Shown in pieces: positions 9,901 to 22,701 of a stretch of DNA of 64,000 nucleotides. The notes under the pieces were generated by a model. The model had not been told where the DNA came from, searched no databases, and saw nothing but the letters and a program-made list of their open reading frames with translations. The translations under genes and the position numbers were made by a program. The stretch is taken from contig NW_005434505.1 of the NCBI RefSeq assembly GCF_000315625.1, positions 41,013 to 105,012 of the forward strand, written 5' to 3'. Position 1 is the first letter of the stretch. Every line of letters begins with the position of its first letter. The stretch is from Guillardia theta CCMP2712 (lineage: Eukaryota; Protista; Cryptophyta).

Positions 9901-12900
9901 ACAGGTCGAGTGATAGCACGAGCAGACAATGATATCCATCAAAATGCAAGTTAGATCATCACCGTCTACTCCGCGGGTAATCGCCATCGACGAAAATCTC
10001 ATCATATCGTCTCTCTTGTCCTTCAACTTCATTCTCCTCATCTGACTTACAAGTAAAACATCGCAGGAAACTCAAAAACTCCGAAACGACCTGAAGGAGC
10101 CGATTGCTGTTCGTCCCTCTCCTCCTCCGCTTCACTGTCAGAGTGAAACTTGACATGGACTCCTCCTCCTGCCATCGGTTGTCAGCTTGGCAACACATGC
10201 AGAAAAGAAAGAAGGAGAAGATAAAGATCTGATGTTGTCATCCTTGATACAACTTTCAAACTGCTGCCACATAACATAATCCAAGAATACCCTGCCCCCC
10301 TCTTGTATGTTCGTGAACCACTGACTACCCTTTCTCCCCTCCCTCCTCCCCTCCCTCCCCCTTCCCCTTGAAGTTGGACAGCTACAAGATGTTGCTAGAG
10401 CAGCTTAAACCGTAGGGTGCATAGAGTATTCATTTCTTCACCTTTGTTGGTCTTGGAGGTTGTATGGACTCCCAACTAATGGGGTCAGATTCAAAAGAAG
10501 AGGCGAGAAGAGAGAAGGGAAGAGATACAGCAAAAGGAACAAAGGAACGAACGAGAGGAAAAGTGCAGAGCAGAGCAGAGCGAAGCAGAGCAGGGCAGGG
10601 CATGACAGGGGATGGCAGGGCAGGAGGAACAATTTGCGTCCTCCATTGAAATATGTCTTCCATTGAAAGCAGAAGCGACAAAGACAAGCAAAAACAGGAA
10701 AGCAAGTGCAAGGAGAGAAGAAGACGAAAGCAAGTGCAAGGAGAGAAGAAGACGAAAGCAAGTGCAAGGAGAGAAGAAGACGAAAGCAAGTGCAAGGAGA
10801 GAAGAAGACGAAAGCAAGTGCAAGGAGAGAAGAAGACGAAAGCAAGTGCAAGGAGAGAAGAAGACGAAAGCAAGTGCAAGGAGAGAAGAAGACGAAAGCA
10901 AGTGCAAGGAGAGAAGAAGACGAAAGCAAGTGCAAAGAGAGAAGAAGATGAAAGCAAGTGCAAAGCGAGAAGAAGACGAAAGCAAGTGCAAAGAGAGAAG
11001 AAGACGAAAGCAAGTGCAAAGAGAGAAGAAGACGAAAGCAAGTGCAAAGAGAGAAGAAGACGAAAGAATGTCGCAAGCTGACAGTTGAAAACCTCACCTC
11101 CGACTCGTAGTAGGCTGAAAGTTTCTGTTTCCTGTCTTCTAGAGCAGCCTGCAGGCAAAACAAATAAAAGAAACCGATCAAACACAAGAAACAAGACAAT
11201 TGACATGGAGAGATGATTCTCCACCTTCTTGGCTAGTTTGTTCTTAACAAGCTGCAGCTGATCTTGCGTTTGCTTACACTTCAGTATGGTAGCAGGAGCC
11301 GGAGGCTAAGAATAATAGTTAGATGACAAAAGTAAAGGAAGAGAAGAGAAAAGAAGGAAGCAAGAGAGAAAAGGGATGAACAGATGGAAGCGAGCGAAAA
11401 AACAAGAGGAAATAGTCAGTTGAAAAGAAGAAGGGACAATTTTTGAATAGAAGAGGTGGTGGCGGAAAGATTTCAGGAGATTTACGAAGACAAAGTAGGG
11501 CAGAGAGAGGAAGAGAGGGAGGAGAAGCGTTCAAAACCTCAACAATCTCCCCATGGAGAATCAAAGATACAATGTCCGGCACTTCCGTGTTGATCCACTT
11601 TGAGACCGCTGGGGTCAAGACAACATTTTAAGTCAAAGAGCAAGTGAACCTGATTCGTTACTTGTGTCGATCCCTCCTGCAAACATTGACTATTCAACAC
11701 TATGAATCCTTCCCACTCCTCCTCGTTCCCTCCCCTCCTCCTTCATCTTTTCCCCCTCCGTCCTCCATCCTGCCTTTGACTCCTGACTCTTGCCACGTCC
11801 TCCCTCCTCCCTCCTCCCTCCTCCCTCCTCCCTCCTCCCTCCTCCCTCCTCCCTCCTCCCTTCCCCTTTCCCCTTCCCCTTCCCCCTTCCTTCCTTCTTT
11901 GTCTTCTTCGTCATCTTTTCTTACCTCACTCCCCGCTCCTCCACCTCTTACCGTCTGGGTACATCGCAACCAAACAGGATAGTTCTCATCAGCGAAGTAC
12001 CCAGCTGAAATCCAGCTGAGCATTTGCATCACGGTGAAGGGCCCGTAGATCGGCTGCTCCACATCCTCCCTCGCCTCCTCCGCCTCCGCTTCCTCGGCCT
12101 TCTCCTCCTCCTTGTCCTTCTCTACCTGCACACGGACCGCATGTCATTCAGGTTTCGTCCACCTGCTACTTCACCTCTCCTCCTTCCTCCTCTCTCTGCT
12201 GCTCAGCGCTCAACACCACCGGCAGATACTCCCATACTATACAACTCTCATCTGTGAAAGCGTGAGGAACAGGCCGCGAAGTGCAGACGGGAAGGAGGAA
12301 AGAGGAGGAAGCAGAAGCAAGGAGGAGGAAAGAGGAGGAAGGAGAAGCAAGGAGGAGCAAGGAAGAGGAAGGAGGAACGGAGAGTGTGGAGAGGAAGACA
12401 GAACACGAATGAGAGAGAGAAGAGGAGGCTAGCAAACAGCAGGAGCAGGGGAGAGTGACAGCAAGAGCAGTACCATAGTTTCGCTCTCTCAGGTAGAGAG
12501 CGGCAAGGGATGCTCTTGCTCGAGTCGTCATCATCGGAGACGTGACGTCAGCGTCTCTGCAGTAGATGGTGGTCTGAGGGCGGATGAGGTGCCTGCAGTC
12601 GCGTCATGCAGGTTGGCTAGATTGAGCGCCTCCTCCTATCTTACGTTGCCACCCGCTGCTGGTCCTTCTTCCTCCTCTTGGTGAGGTCGTTGGCGGTGAA
12701 GCTGCACGGCAGCCCCAACTTCTTCATCTGCTAAAGGGATGAGATGAGACGAGACGAGCCAGCAAGAGCAAGCGACTTCAAGGTCACCTCCTCTCTCAGA
12801 GACTTCGTCTCCTCGTCTCCCATCTCCTCCTCATCCTGCTTGCCCTGTGCCTCCTCAGGCATGGTTTGATCCCCTTGCTCGAGGTCCTCATCAGATGCTT

Positions 12901-13200
12901 CATGGGAGTCACTGTCTTGGTAAGTATCATCTTGATCACTCTCATCGTCTCTGCCCTCCTCCTCGTCCTCGCTCTTCTCGCCATGCTTGTCCACCTCGCC
13001 TAGCTCCTCCCCTCCTGCTTCCACATGCTCCCCACCATTCTTCTTCGTGTTCGCCTTGTTCACTTGATTCTTCCTCGATGCTTCTCCTGTCGTTGTTGCT
13101 GCAACAGTGAAGACGACATCAGGCATGCAGCAGCAGAGGCCCTCTCCCCCGGGCACGGGGAGCGTAGAGGGAGCATGCTGCTCGTGCTGCATTTTGAGGG
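6948..13200 (-). CDS. TGS1: Trimethylguanosine synthase (RNA cap hypermethylase), multi-exon, with a GYF-like domain upstream
   Basis: Exons encode KYWKLRYTLFSLYDHGIK, DRESWYSVTPE, VLDAFCGAGGNAIQLA, DVVFLAPPWGGPEY, AMYLP/RNINVAQL and VEVEKNLVNCRLKAVTVYYG. Upstream exons include MKKLGLPCSF and IYGPFTVMQMLSWISAGYF. The start codon is uncertain. Confidence 0.88.
9520..9780. repeat. (GAGATGGTT)n 9-bp intronic minisatellite
   Basis: Direct reading of the sequence. Confidence 0.95.
10698..11066. repeat. 28-bp tandem repeat GAAAGCAAGTGCAAGGAGAGAAGAAGAC, about 13 copies, intronic
   Basis: The 28-nt period is seen directly, and the spurious ORFs over it repeat every 28 aa. Confidence 0.95.
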
Positions 13201-14210
13201 ACCTGGAAGGGAGGCCAGGAGGGCGGGTGTGTCTCAGGAGAGAGCGAGCGAAGGGACGCGGGGGCGAGGAGACATCGGCAGGGGAGGGGGGGAGGAGGAG
13301 GAGGAGGAGGAGGAGGAGGAGCGGGAGGAGCAGAGGAGTACAAACTATCTTGTTGATCCGCCTCCCTCCCTTGCTTCCTGCCTGAGCTTGAGCTAGCGGT
13401 TCTCCTATTTTTTCGAGCTAACCTCAGAGTCTAGATAGTTCGTTCTGGAGGACAGCGGTATGTACAGGGGATCTAAGGTGAATTGAGTGGAAACTGGCTT
13501 CGGAAACGGGACAGCAAATAGGAGCGAGCACATGAACTCAACAACTGCGACGAACTTCGGAATCATCCGAGTTGTTGACAGACAGCATCATCAACGTTGC
13601 GACTTTCTGTTTCATTCATTTCACTTGTCCTAGTCCGTCTGGTACTTATACACTCCTGCGCGAGTTCCAGCATGATATGATCACCAGATGCGATCTCGGA
13701 CTGCCGTCACTTCACACCACCTCCCTGAGTTCACCCCCAACCTTGCTTTGTGTCTCCCTGACACTCGCCCAGCAGGGCAAGCGCTTCATGGGAAACTGCC
13801 AACGTGCGGAGCACGGCCTGTAGCACTACAACAGTACGGTACACCAACACCATGACCATACAAGTATCTGGCGACTCAGTTACATCATCCTTGCTGTTGC
13901 CCCACCATGATGTCTCTCTCCTGCCCTGTTTGCTCATGCTAGACTGATCTCTGGAGGAGGCATTTCCTGAAGACCAAGTCACCACGACGACATTCCGACA
14001 CATGGCATGAGCAGGGAAACAGACTGACCTCCATAAAGTCACTCCCCGGTGTGTCGCTTCTCCTCCCCCGCGACGTCACGCTCCGCAGCACATGCAGAAC
14101 AGCCATGGAAGCAAAGATGCCCACCCGCTTGAAGATCTGCTTCTTCTTCTGCTCCCCTTCCGCACCTCCCAGAGAGTTCGACCTGTTTGAAAGCGTCAGG
14201 ATCACGGCTG

Positions 14211-15687
14211 CTACAACCACTCATCTAACCTAGAAGAGACTTGCTGGAGTTTCTCCAGGAACTGGCGAGGTGACTCGGTGCTCAGTCGGTTTGTGACCAT
14301 GGCACCGAACTTGGTGTTGGCAAGTCCACCAGGGTCAACGTGTGTGATTAGGGTGAACTCAGTCTTGCTCGGGTCCGAGGAGACTTTCTTGAGCAGGTTC
14401 GCTCCCAGAGGCATGTTCATCCTCGTATACCCCGGCGCATGCTTCGCAAGCGGGTGGTCCTCCGCCCTGTTCACTATCAACTTGGCATCCTCCCCGATGC
14501 TGCGGTAGTGAACGCGCGTTACAAACTCTCTCGACCATGGCCTCCCGGTCCGGGTCTGCGTGATCTTGGTATCTTCACTCAGCCACTCGAGGTCTAAGAT
14601 CTCCTTGCAGTACTCGTTGTACTCGTGGGCCCGAGCGTTGTCCGTGAACAGCTCGAACACTTTCTCTAGCGGGGCATCGATTACAGCTGTCGCCTTCACG
14701 CACGCAAACTTTGACGCCGAGCCAACTTTCAGCCCCGCGATCTCCAGGTCTGCTGGTAGAAATCTGCGCCAGACTTTGATGTTTCCCTCGGAGCTAACCT
14801 CCTCCCACCCATCGGATTCCATCACATCGATCGTGGTGGAAACCAACATGTCATTCACCCACTGCACGTCCTTCTGCCTCCAGCTTAGATCCTCAGCTTC
14901 TTCGTTGAAGGACATGAAACGCAGTTTGGATACCATCACCGGAATGTTCTTGGCGTTCAGGATCTCATTCCGGAAATCGACATTCCTACAATGCTTCTCT
15001 GTCGACTCCACCATCTGCAACATATGGTTCCATCCCTGACTAGGATTAATCCACAGCTGATGATAAGTCAGAGCCCGCTCAAACTGCACGGCAAAGTCGT
15101 TCCACGGACAAAGCTCTTCACGCTTCTTCTTCATCAGTGCGTCCACCTCTGAAACGCAATCCCCCAAGGCTCGAAACAAATCTTGTGTTCGGTCCAAACA
15201 TGTCTGCACACAGTTTTTCCCTCCTCTTAGCCGTTGTGGCATGCAGACATGCATAGTGCTGTCTGCTTCTTGCCGAAATGTTTCCCACCGCTGCATGCTT
15301 TGACATTGCTGTGGATTCACCAGTCCACGGAGACTGTTATCCAATCCAACCTGTGCCCAACCAAGAGACAAGAGAGAAAGAGAGAGATGTCAGTGCAACG
15401 CTTTTCAAACTCTCGGTGGCATTGCTCACCTGTACTGACGTGCTGTCTCTGGAATGTGCATTTACAGGTCCGCTGCACGAGACAAAGCAGCAGACTAGCT
15501 GGATCGCAAGAAGGGACGTACAGGTGCAAGGAGAGGTCAGGGACCCTTCTCCCAGCCGTTTCTTCCGCATGGTTCGCTTGCGTTTGACGTTCTCAAGACA
15601 GTAGACTTTCCGATACTACCTCAGGCTGACAATGGCACATATAATTATCACTTGCTTCCTTCCGCCGGCAAAGACCCATCCAATCAT
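14211..15687 (-). CDS. START (StAR-related lipid transfer) domain protein with a hydrophobic N-terminus
   Basis: DGWEEVSSEGNIKVWRR, CVKATAVIDAPLEKVFELF, SREFVT and TEFTLITHVDPGG. The first exon is MIGWVFAGGRKQVIIICAIVSL. Confidence 0.85.
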
Positions 15688-16472
15688 GCTACCAACTCGC
15701 AACAGAAGCCATGCGGGAAGAAGAGGAGGCGCATGTCAGTTGTCTCGAAGCTCATCTCATCTCATCTCATCTGTCGTATCCTACCAACGTTCTTCTTCAA
15801 CCTTGTCAAGCCTGTCAACTCCCATGCCTCGTTACTACGAGATCACACCGCAGTACCAACACCCCCCCTACCCACCCTTGATACACATTTAACCCACCGG
15901 TCTGATGTATTACCCCAATTATTAACCTTGTCTGTGGTGGTAGGGGTTACAGCTACCACCCTCCCGGGGCATTCTTCTATGCTTGGAACCAGATACCGTA
16001 GACCGCTAACAGTACCCCCGCCATCCCAAACAAAAGTCCATAACACAAGGTATCTTCTGTCTGCACCTACACCTATCAATTTCACCAAGTATTGCACTAA
16101 TGAATTTCCAGATACCCATCAGATCATGGACCCAGAGTGTTACACCATCACCCCCTCATGTACCATACCCTACCCCTCAAGCTCACCACCGTGCTGTCCC
16201 ATCATCCATTCTTTGGGAGGCTTTAGAATAAGTTTTAATCGCTGGATACCATCAAAATGTTTTATAATACAAAATATATTGTTATTGAAAACTTGTCTAT
16301 AGAATATATATAATTTATTTCTGATTTATAAAGAAGTTGAAAGAAATGGTACAAGATGTCACAGATATTTTGTACCAAAAAGCAACAAAACCAGGTACAG
16401 AAGTTGCATTTAAAACAATAGATTTGTTTTATTAGTGTTTTGTTGACTCCCGAGGCCCCGGGGGCCTCAGGG

Positions 16473-16848
16473 CCGTTTCCCGCCGGCTCCCAGATTCCAG
16501 ATTTTTTACTTTATTGAAAGTGATTTGAAATTTACCCCGAAATATTCACCGGTGCCTTCAATACATACTGCCAGGGGGTGGGGTCCCCTGCCTGTTCATA
16601 TTTGATGCTCCCAGCATACCCTCCCTACATTCTAACAATTTTTCTCGATTGAGCTGATAGTATATTTCAATATAGTGCCTGCCCATTCGAAAAGCAAAAT
16701 CTGGGAAAGTCAACCGCATCGTTTCATTCTCAAATTAAAATGACTTATAGTTGAGTTTTCCAAAACATTTGGAGGAGAAAAAAAGAAATTGACTTATATT
16801 TGTATGAAAAAATCTGGAATCTGGAATCTGGGAGCCGGCGGGAAACGG
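16473..16848. mobile_element. MITE (376 bp) with 31-bp terminal inverted repeats
   Basis: CCGTTTCCCGCCGGCTCCCAGATTCCAGATT at 16473 and its reverse complement ending at 16848. AT-rich interior. Flanks gcctcaggg and gcctcagtt resemble an imperfect 9-bp target duplication. Confidence 0.85.
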
Positions 16849-17699
16849 GCCTCAGTTAGGCCCGCGCAGTCGCCGGGACACCGGAGCCGGGCCTCTCATG
16901 TCTAAAACTTATTTTTCATGTACGGAATATATATGAGTTTCTTGGTACGAACAACAGAATTTCAATCTCTACATATGGTACATACATTATGGATACAGGA
17001 GAACAGATGATGGTAGAATATTCATACCAATTCTTTCAATACCTATACTATTTGCTTATTAAAGTTTTTTATATAGCCTTATCGATTGATTGAATCGTAA
17101 CCATCTCTAAAACATAATTTCTGCTCTGGTACAAACAGAAATGTTAAAAAAGGATATTTATAATCATCCCCACGACAGAGGGAGGGAGGTTGTTGTTACC
17201 GCAGCGATGATAGAAGCTGCGGTATTGCAAGGAGTACATAGGCATTCATGCAATATATATGTTGCGAATGACTCCATCATGGAAACAAACGAGCAGCAAG
17301 ATTTCATTCGTCCTGCGCATTTCCATGCTGTTGATTGATACCCCGCTCCTAAAAACTCCTCCATACAACACTTCAGATTTCCTCTCATCGTCACCTACGT
17401 TCCCATCTTCTGCCAGCTGAACAACGTTTCTAGTCGTTGTATTCTTCAATTTTGTGGATTTTTCCCTCTTTGCGCCTGTTAGTGTTGGAGGGGTTTTGGT
17501 GATAACCTGAACAATGCTTTTTCCATCAATTGAGCATACGTGACTTTTACATGACAGAATGATTCGAAGCTCCATCGGTTTGCGGCAAACCGTACAGGTG
17601 TGGCTGCTTTTATGATCTCCCCTTACAACAGCGCTTGCTGAAGCATTTTCGGCCTCAGTTTCAACAGAAACGGTTGATATGGGATCGCATCAAGGAGAT

Positions 17700-18450
17700 C
17701 TTTGTACAGGTTGTTGTTTGATTAACCCAGCATGTCTGTGTTGAAAGATGTGCTCCATCTACAGGCTCCAAATCTGTCTCCTTCACAGTCTGCCATGAAC
17801 GCGCTTGGGTTTCGCAGGGAAGCTCCGGCGAGTAAGAGCATCAAGGTGCCCTTCGTCATCTGTTGATCACTGCGCACCAACGTGATCAAATCGTGCAGGA
17901 AGTTCCTGTCATTCCTCGCACGGCTCCTGGTGCCCAGTTCAAGATCAGATACTTTGATCGTAATTGCCTTCCTGATGGCCTGCTGCTTCTCAATCGCGCG
18001 GCAGGTGATACCGTCAAGCCAACAGATTGGAACTACAAGGATAGCGAGGGGAAAGTTGCAGCGGTATTTCCGACGGTGAGAAAGACTTGTGTGGCTTGAC
18101 TTGAGTTTTCTAGGTGTCGCCTTTGAAATACATGGACGGCACTCCCTACCTGACCCAATTTGCTCCTGTTCCTGACATGCCAGCTCATGTAAGGCTCGGA
18201 ACAATGTTTTGCCTTGAACGCGTGCTTTTCTTGATTGGTTTGTACAGCTTCCACGACAGTCGGCGGACTGGATCAGGCCAGGGCTTCCGCCATGTGCAGG
18301 TACTTGATTTCGAATTGAATGCCTGATTTTCATGCTCCCCTTGATGCCCTGAAGTTCAACCTATCGCGTTGATGTTCTTGACTGGTTCTTGGCAGGACAT
18401 CCCTATAAGCTCAAGCCCACTGTCCCAGAAACCTATCAAGACTAGTCTAA
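17700..18450 (+). CDS. Hypothetical multi-exon protein or gene fragment
   Basis: Protein-like exons (QEVPVIPRTAPGAQFKIRYFDRNCLPDG, SPLKYMDGTPYLTQFAPVPDMPAH) separated by short GT-AG introns. Confidence 0.35.
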
Positions 18451-18852
18451 GCCCTCCCTTTTTTCGAATGAGCGTGAGGATGCCGCACAAGTTCACCAGT
18501 CACGTCTCAACATCACGGTGCTAAGCCTGATACCATCATAAACATTGAGCCTGTAAACATCAGCGGAACCATCCTGACAATCAGGAGAGCCTGTCGAGGA
18601 GGCTTGACCCCGACAAGGCACTGTCGCACAGGCCATACTATGCGGCGAGAAGGGAAAATACTGACAAAGAGAAACAACCCAAATCCTGCCTACCGTAGTA
18701 CTGCCTCCGATACCCGGTCCAGTGCTCAGGTCCGATCCCCAAATCCGATTTGCAAGTTGGGCGGCAGATTGAATCTGCCAGTGACCGGGCTTTAAGTTCA
18801 GTGCCGACCTTACCGTCAAGTTACCGCATATCATAGCCTCCTGGTTCAAATC

Positions 18853-18908
18853 TTTACTCAAAGTTAAGTTAAAGATCAGTACGAGGAACGAGGACAATCA
18901 GGAGAGTC
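18853..18908 (+). repeat. Dispersed ~50-nt element, fullest copy (related copies at 18576, 21693, 42766, 42845 and 51914)
   Basis: TTTACTCAAAGTTAAGTTAAAGATCAGTACGAGG...ACAATCAGGAGAGTC recurs on both strands. Confidence 0.9.
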
Positions 18909-18954
18909 ACCTAGTAGTATGCCGGTAACCGGTCAGGGTGGCCGGGCCGCGATG

Positions 18955-21575
18955 CATTCCATGGCATTTACTAACGCCCAATTATAAATTAATATCCTTT
19001 TAACAAACACTTGTACCTGTTAATTTGATCATAAGCATACAGTTTTTAGTCAATTTTGTACCAGAATGATTTGTACCACTCAGTACTCTTTTATATTTGT
19101 TTTAAGCATTTGAGTTCCGGCTTACACGCCTCTTGGCTGCTCTCTTCCCTGTGTACCGGTATGTTTGTCTGATATTAAGGGGGTAGGGTTATTCGTATAT
19201 TTCGATACACGCTCATGAAATCTTATTAGTGTCAGCCATTGACGAGTGTAGTAAATCCAGCCAATAAGTATTTTTGTTTTCAAATCAAGGAGTCGTATGC
19301 CAGCTAGCAACGGCAATATTTTTTTTCTACACCGGTTGTTTTATATAGATACCTACCCCATGTCTATAGGGTGCCACCGAAACACAGGTCCCCTTGCCCC
19401 CGATCAAAGAGCAAATAAAAATTCATTAAAAATCCTGAGATCCCCATTGCAAGTATCCCTCCCCTCCTCCTTCCTGCTCTTCTCCCTCCCTCCCTCCCTC
19501 CCTGCTCCCCTCCCTTCCTCCCTGCTCCCTCCCTCCCCCCTGTTCCCCTCCCTCCCCGTTGCTTCCCTTTCCCTTGCGCTCCAGTTATAGACACCAAACA
19601 AATGAATCTTCACCGTCGTGTATCAGCAACAAATGGAATTCAGAGAAGGCGAAGGCAGGAAGATTTCGATACATTCTTGGAGCAGGAAGAGACTTGTGAT
19701 GAGTCAAAGACACCTGAAGATTTGAAGCTTCGAATGATCCTGCATACGTCAGTTGATGATCGAGACTTGCCCAGGATGTACTGGAAAAAGCCAGGCAGTA
19801 ATTTGAATATTATGCTTGAGCCTGGCACAGGGGTTCAATATCAGTGTGAAGATCACAGGGGCGTTGAAGTGAATCGACTGGGCATGATCAAATCGCTGCA
19901 CTCAGATGCACAGGTTGTCGAAGTGTACATCATGTACAATGGAGTCCTCTTGGAACATGTAGACGAAACCATTATAACTAATCGAGTGCCCTGTGTGGCC
20001 CTGAAAAGAATTTTGAACAAAGTTGGAAACCGTGATTGTTATCAAGCAATTTACAAGGATACGGATGAAATAAATGCTATACCAAAAATGTGTTTCTTCA
20101 GCTTTCCTTGCATGTTGGAGCATGCCAACGATGATCTCCACGATAATTTCAGAGTGCATGGGTATATATTTTTTCATGAAGACGACATCGAAAATAATAA
20201 ATACTGTGAAATCTCTCACTTCTCGATTGCAAACCCGGCACCACTCGTTGAAAAGATGGCGCAAACAACTTTCTGTTCAGCGGCGGAGTACAATCGGATT
20301 TGTCGAGATATGACCGAGGTCAAAAAGATGTTCAATCAGTGGTTGAAGTCAAGGAGTGAGACCTTTGAGAAAAAATTTTGTTTGTTGTTTTCCATTGATT
20401 TTCGTTGCTTTCGATTGCTTTACAATTTTTGTTTGTTGTTTTCCATCGCTTTACGTGTGACATGCTCGTCACAAGCCATGTTTATGAACTCCGAAAACCT
20501 CAGCATCTTTTCGCTGCCTGTTTCACAACCTCGGAATCATCGCCGTCTTTGTCCAAACCTACATCCGCAAGATGTTCCTATTCGCTTGGGCACCCGCTTG
20601 TCTCCATGCTTCTGTTCCCTACAACTGATAAAAACATTACATTCGCAGGAATGATATTCAATGGAGACTCTACCTTATGTCTTAGCTCGCTGGTTCTGAT
20701 ACTGAGAAGTCCTGAGGGAAGTTCATTCACATCCGGCATTCATGGCGTTGAATAGTTCATCGATCTTACACTTGCGATCTATTTGCAATCAAGTTGCCTA
20801 CACGACTGACATGCCTTATGCTTATGTGCTTGGTTGACACAGAGAGGAGGAAGTATGGGTCTTGTAGAATGCCAACCAAAACAACAATCAATTGCCTAAT
20901 CAGAGAGATCCTTTACGAGAAACAATCTTGACACCAAACAACTCTACAGTCAGAGATGTGCTCGAAGCTCAATCATACGAAAGAGGGTTGTGGATGCTTG
21001 ATCACCAAAAACGAGCAAATTCTCCATCTTGCAATGAGCATCAAAAGGATTCGAAAACAGCCCTAGGCTCTAGAATCCATGGTGATGCTGATTCCTACAG
21101 CTTCCTTTGAAAAACAAGCTCGAGCTGTTTGAAACGTCGTCTTGCAGTATGCCGCAAAAAGTACAAACATTCACACATGATTCAACCTTGGATGGCCTGG
21201 TGCTTGAATACGATGAAAGAGCCATTGGCTGAGAGCCATCTGGGATGCAAACAAACGCCGCCTGCGCCGGTGGGTGCGGATGCAGCAATGGGGGAAGGGT
21301 AGGGCAGGCGATTTTGGTTGTATATGCACCCCCCAGGCGTGTAAAAGCGTGTAAGGTCAAAAATAGTTTTAATGTTTGAAACCTTGTTGTTTGGAGGAAG
21401 CAAGAATACTTGTAAACCTAAAACTGCTCGACACGGTCCCCGATTCAAACATACTTTCAACCATTATCGAAGTTTCTGGTACAAATTTTCAGTGCGCCGA
21501 CCATTCAAAAATCCTGGGCTGAGGTACCCCGCTCGAAAATGATCAAAAGCGAGCATTAGAAAATGCCATGGAATG
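18955..21575. mobile_element. 2.6-kb element bounded by 23-bp terminal inverted repeats
   Basis: CATTCCATGGCATTTACTAACGC at 18955 and GCATTAGAAAATGCCATGGAATG ending at 21575 (21/23 match). Inverted subterminal TTCTGGTACAAA motifs and AT-rich ends. Confidence 0.75.
19602..21231 (+). CDS. Cargo gene of the TIR element; hypothetical, possible BAH-like N-terminal domain
   Basis: 350-aa ORF 19602..20654 plus probable downstream exons to about 21231. No DDE motif recognised. Confidence 0.5.
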
Positions 21576-22701
21576 GATCATCCGACTCGGATGACTCTGT
21601 GAAAGACCGTCTGAGTCGTGCGAATTAAAGTAAAATCTTGCGAATCTTAGCAGGAGTTAAACTGAGACGGTCTCCTGCCTGTGACTCATTCATTTACTCA
21701 AAGTTAAGTTAAAGATCAGTACGAGCCTCCGAGCAAACGGCCGGCGTGACTCCTTCAATAATTTAAAAGGGCTTTCTGGCAGGAGGTCCCCGGAGCTTCG
21801 GAAGTTCGGAAAGGGTCGGCGGTGACGGGTGACAACGGCGGAGAACCGGGCTCGGAGGCTCGTGTAAGACAGGACCGTACAATTGAGTCACGGGGATACG
21901 GTACACTGATACCCTGGCAATCCGATGACTAGGCTTATGGCGCCGATGGTGGTGACCCATGGCTTTTTAAATTAATACTGCGATTAAGAAATCGATGAGC
22001 ATGCGAGGTTGTGATGGTAGTACGTAAGATAGAGAAGCTTGCTGATGGCGGCCTAGCAGGGAAGAGGCACGAGCCTCACATGGCCGACCCAAAGGCTATA
22101 GGTAGGCTATTGTCCCTTTCCACTTACTATGAAAATTAAGAAAAGTCCAACCTTGGGGTATGGGGAGGGAGATAGATGAAGGACATCACGGGACGGCAGG
22201 GGTGGAGCACGAGACGAGAGCAAACCCTACTGAACGACGAGAGGAGATATTGGTAGCCCACCAGACCACCGGTGCTTGCTTCTGGTAAAACAGGGGTACA
22301 TCATATGAAACCACCGGTCCTTGAAAAGGTAAATTGAGGGGTAAGGAGGCGGCGTGCGGAAGACGCGAAAGTGACTTCTTTCGCACCTGACCTACAAAAC
22401 AGACTCCGGCAGGAGGGGTCCTTTTGATTGATTTTAGTGGGGTGATGGGGGTCCGAAACGGGGGTGACAATAGAAAGAAGGTGAACTGGTCATCACATAG
22501 CTCGAACACAGCGTTTCGGGAGAACCCCTACCACCTGTTCTTACCATCTTTAAACCGGTACTTCTAGCCGGCCCCCAAAGTGATAAGATTACAACAGGGA
22601 GCTATGATTCAATAGCTCCAACCTTCGTCCCTCCTCAAACTCATCCTCCCCTTCTTGGCGTACCAACGTACCTCCAACCAGTCCGACTTTTCTCTTACCT
22701 C

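Noticed and set aside
9390-11224. Repetitive ORFs (STI/NHL/MVE and 28-aa repeats)
   Set aside because: They are translations of intronic minisatellites that are open in several frames.
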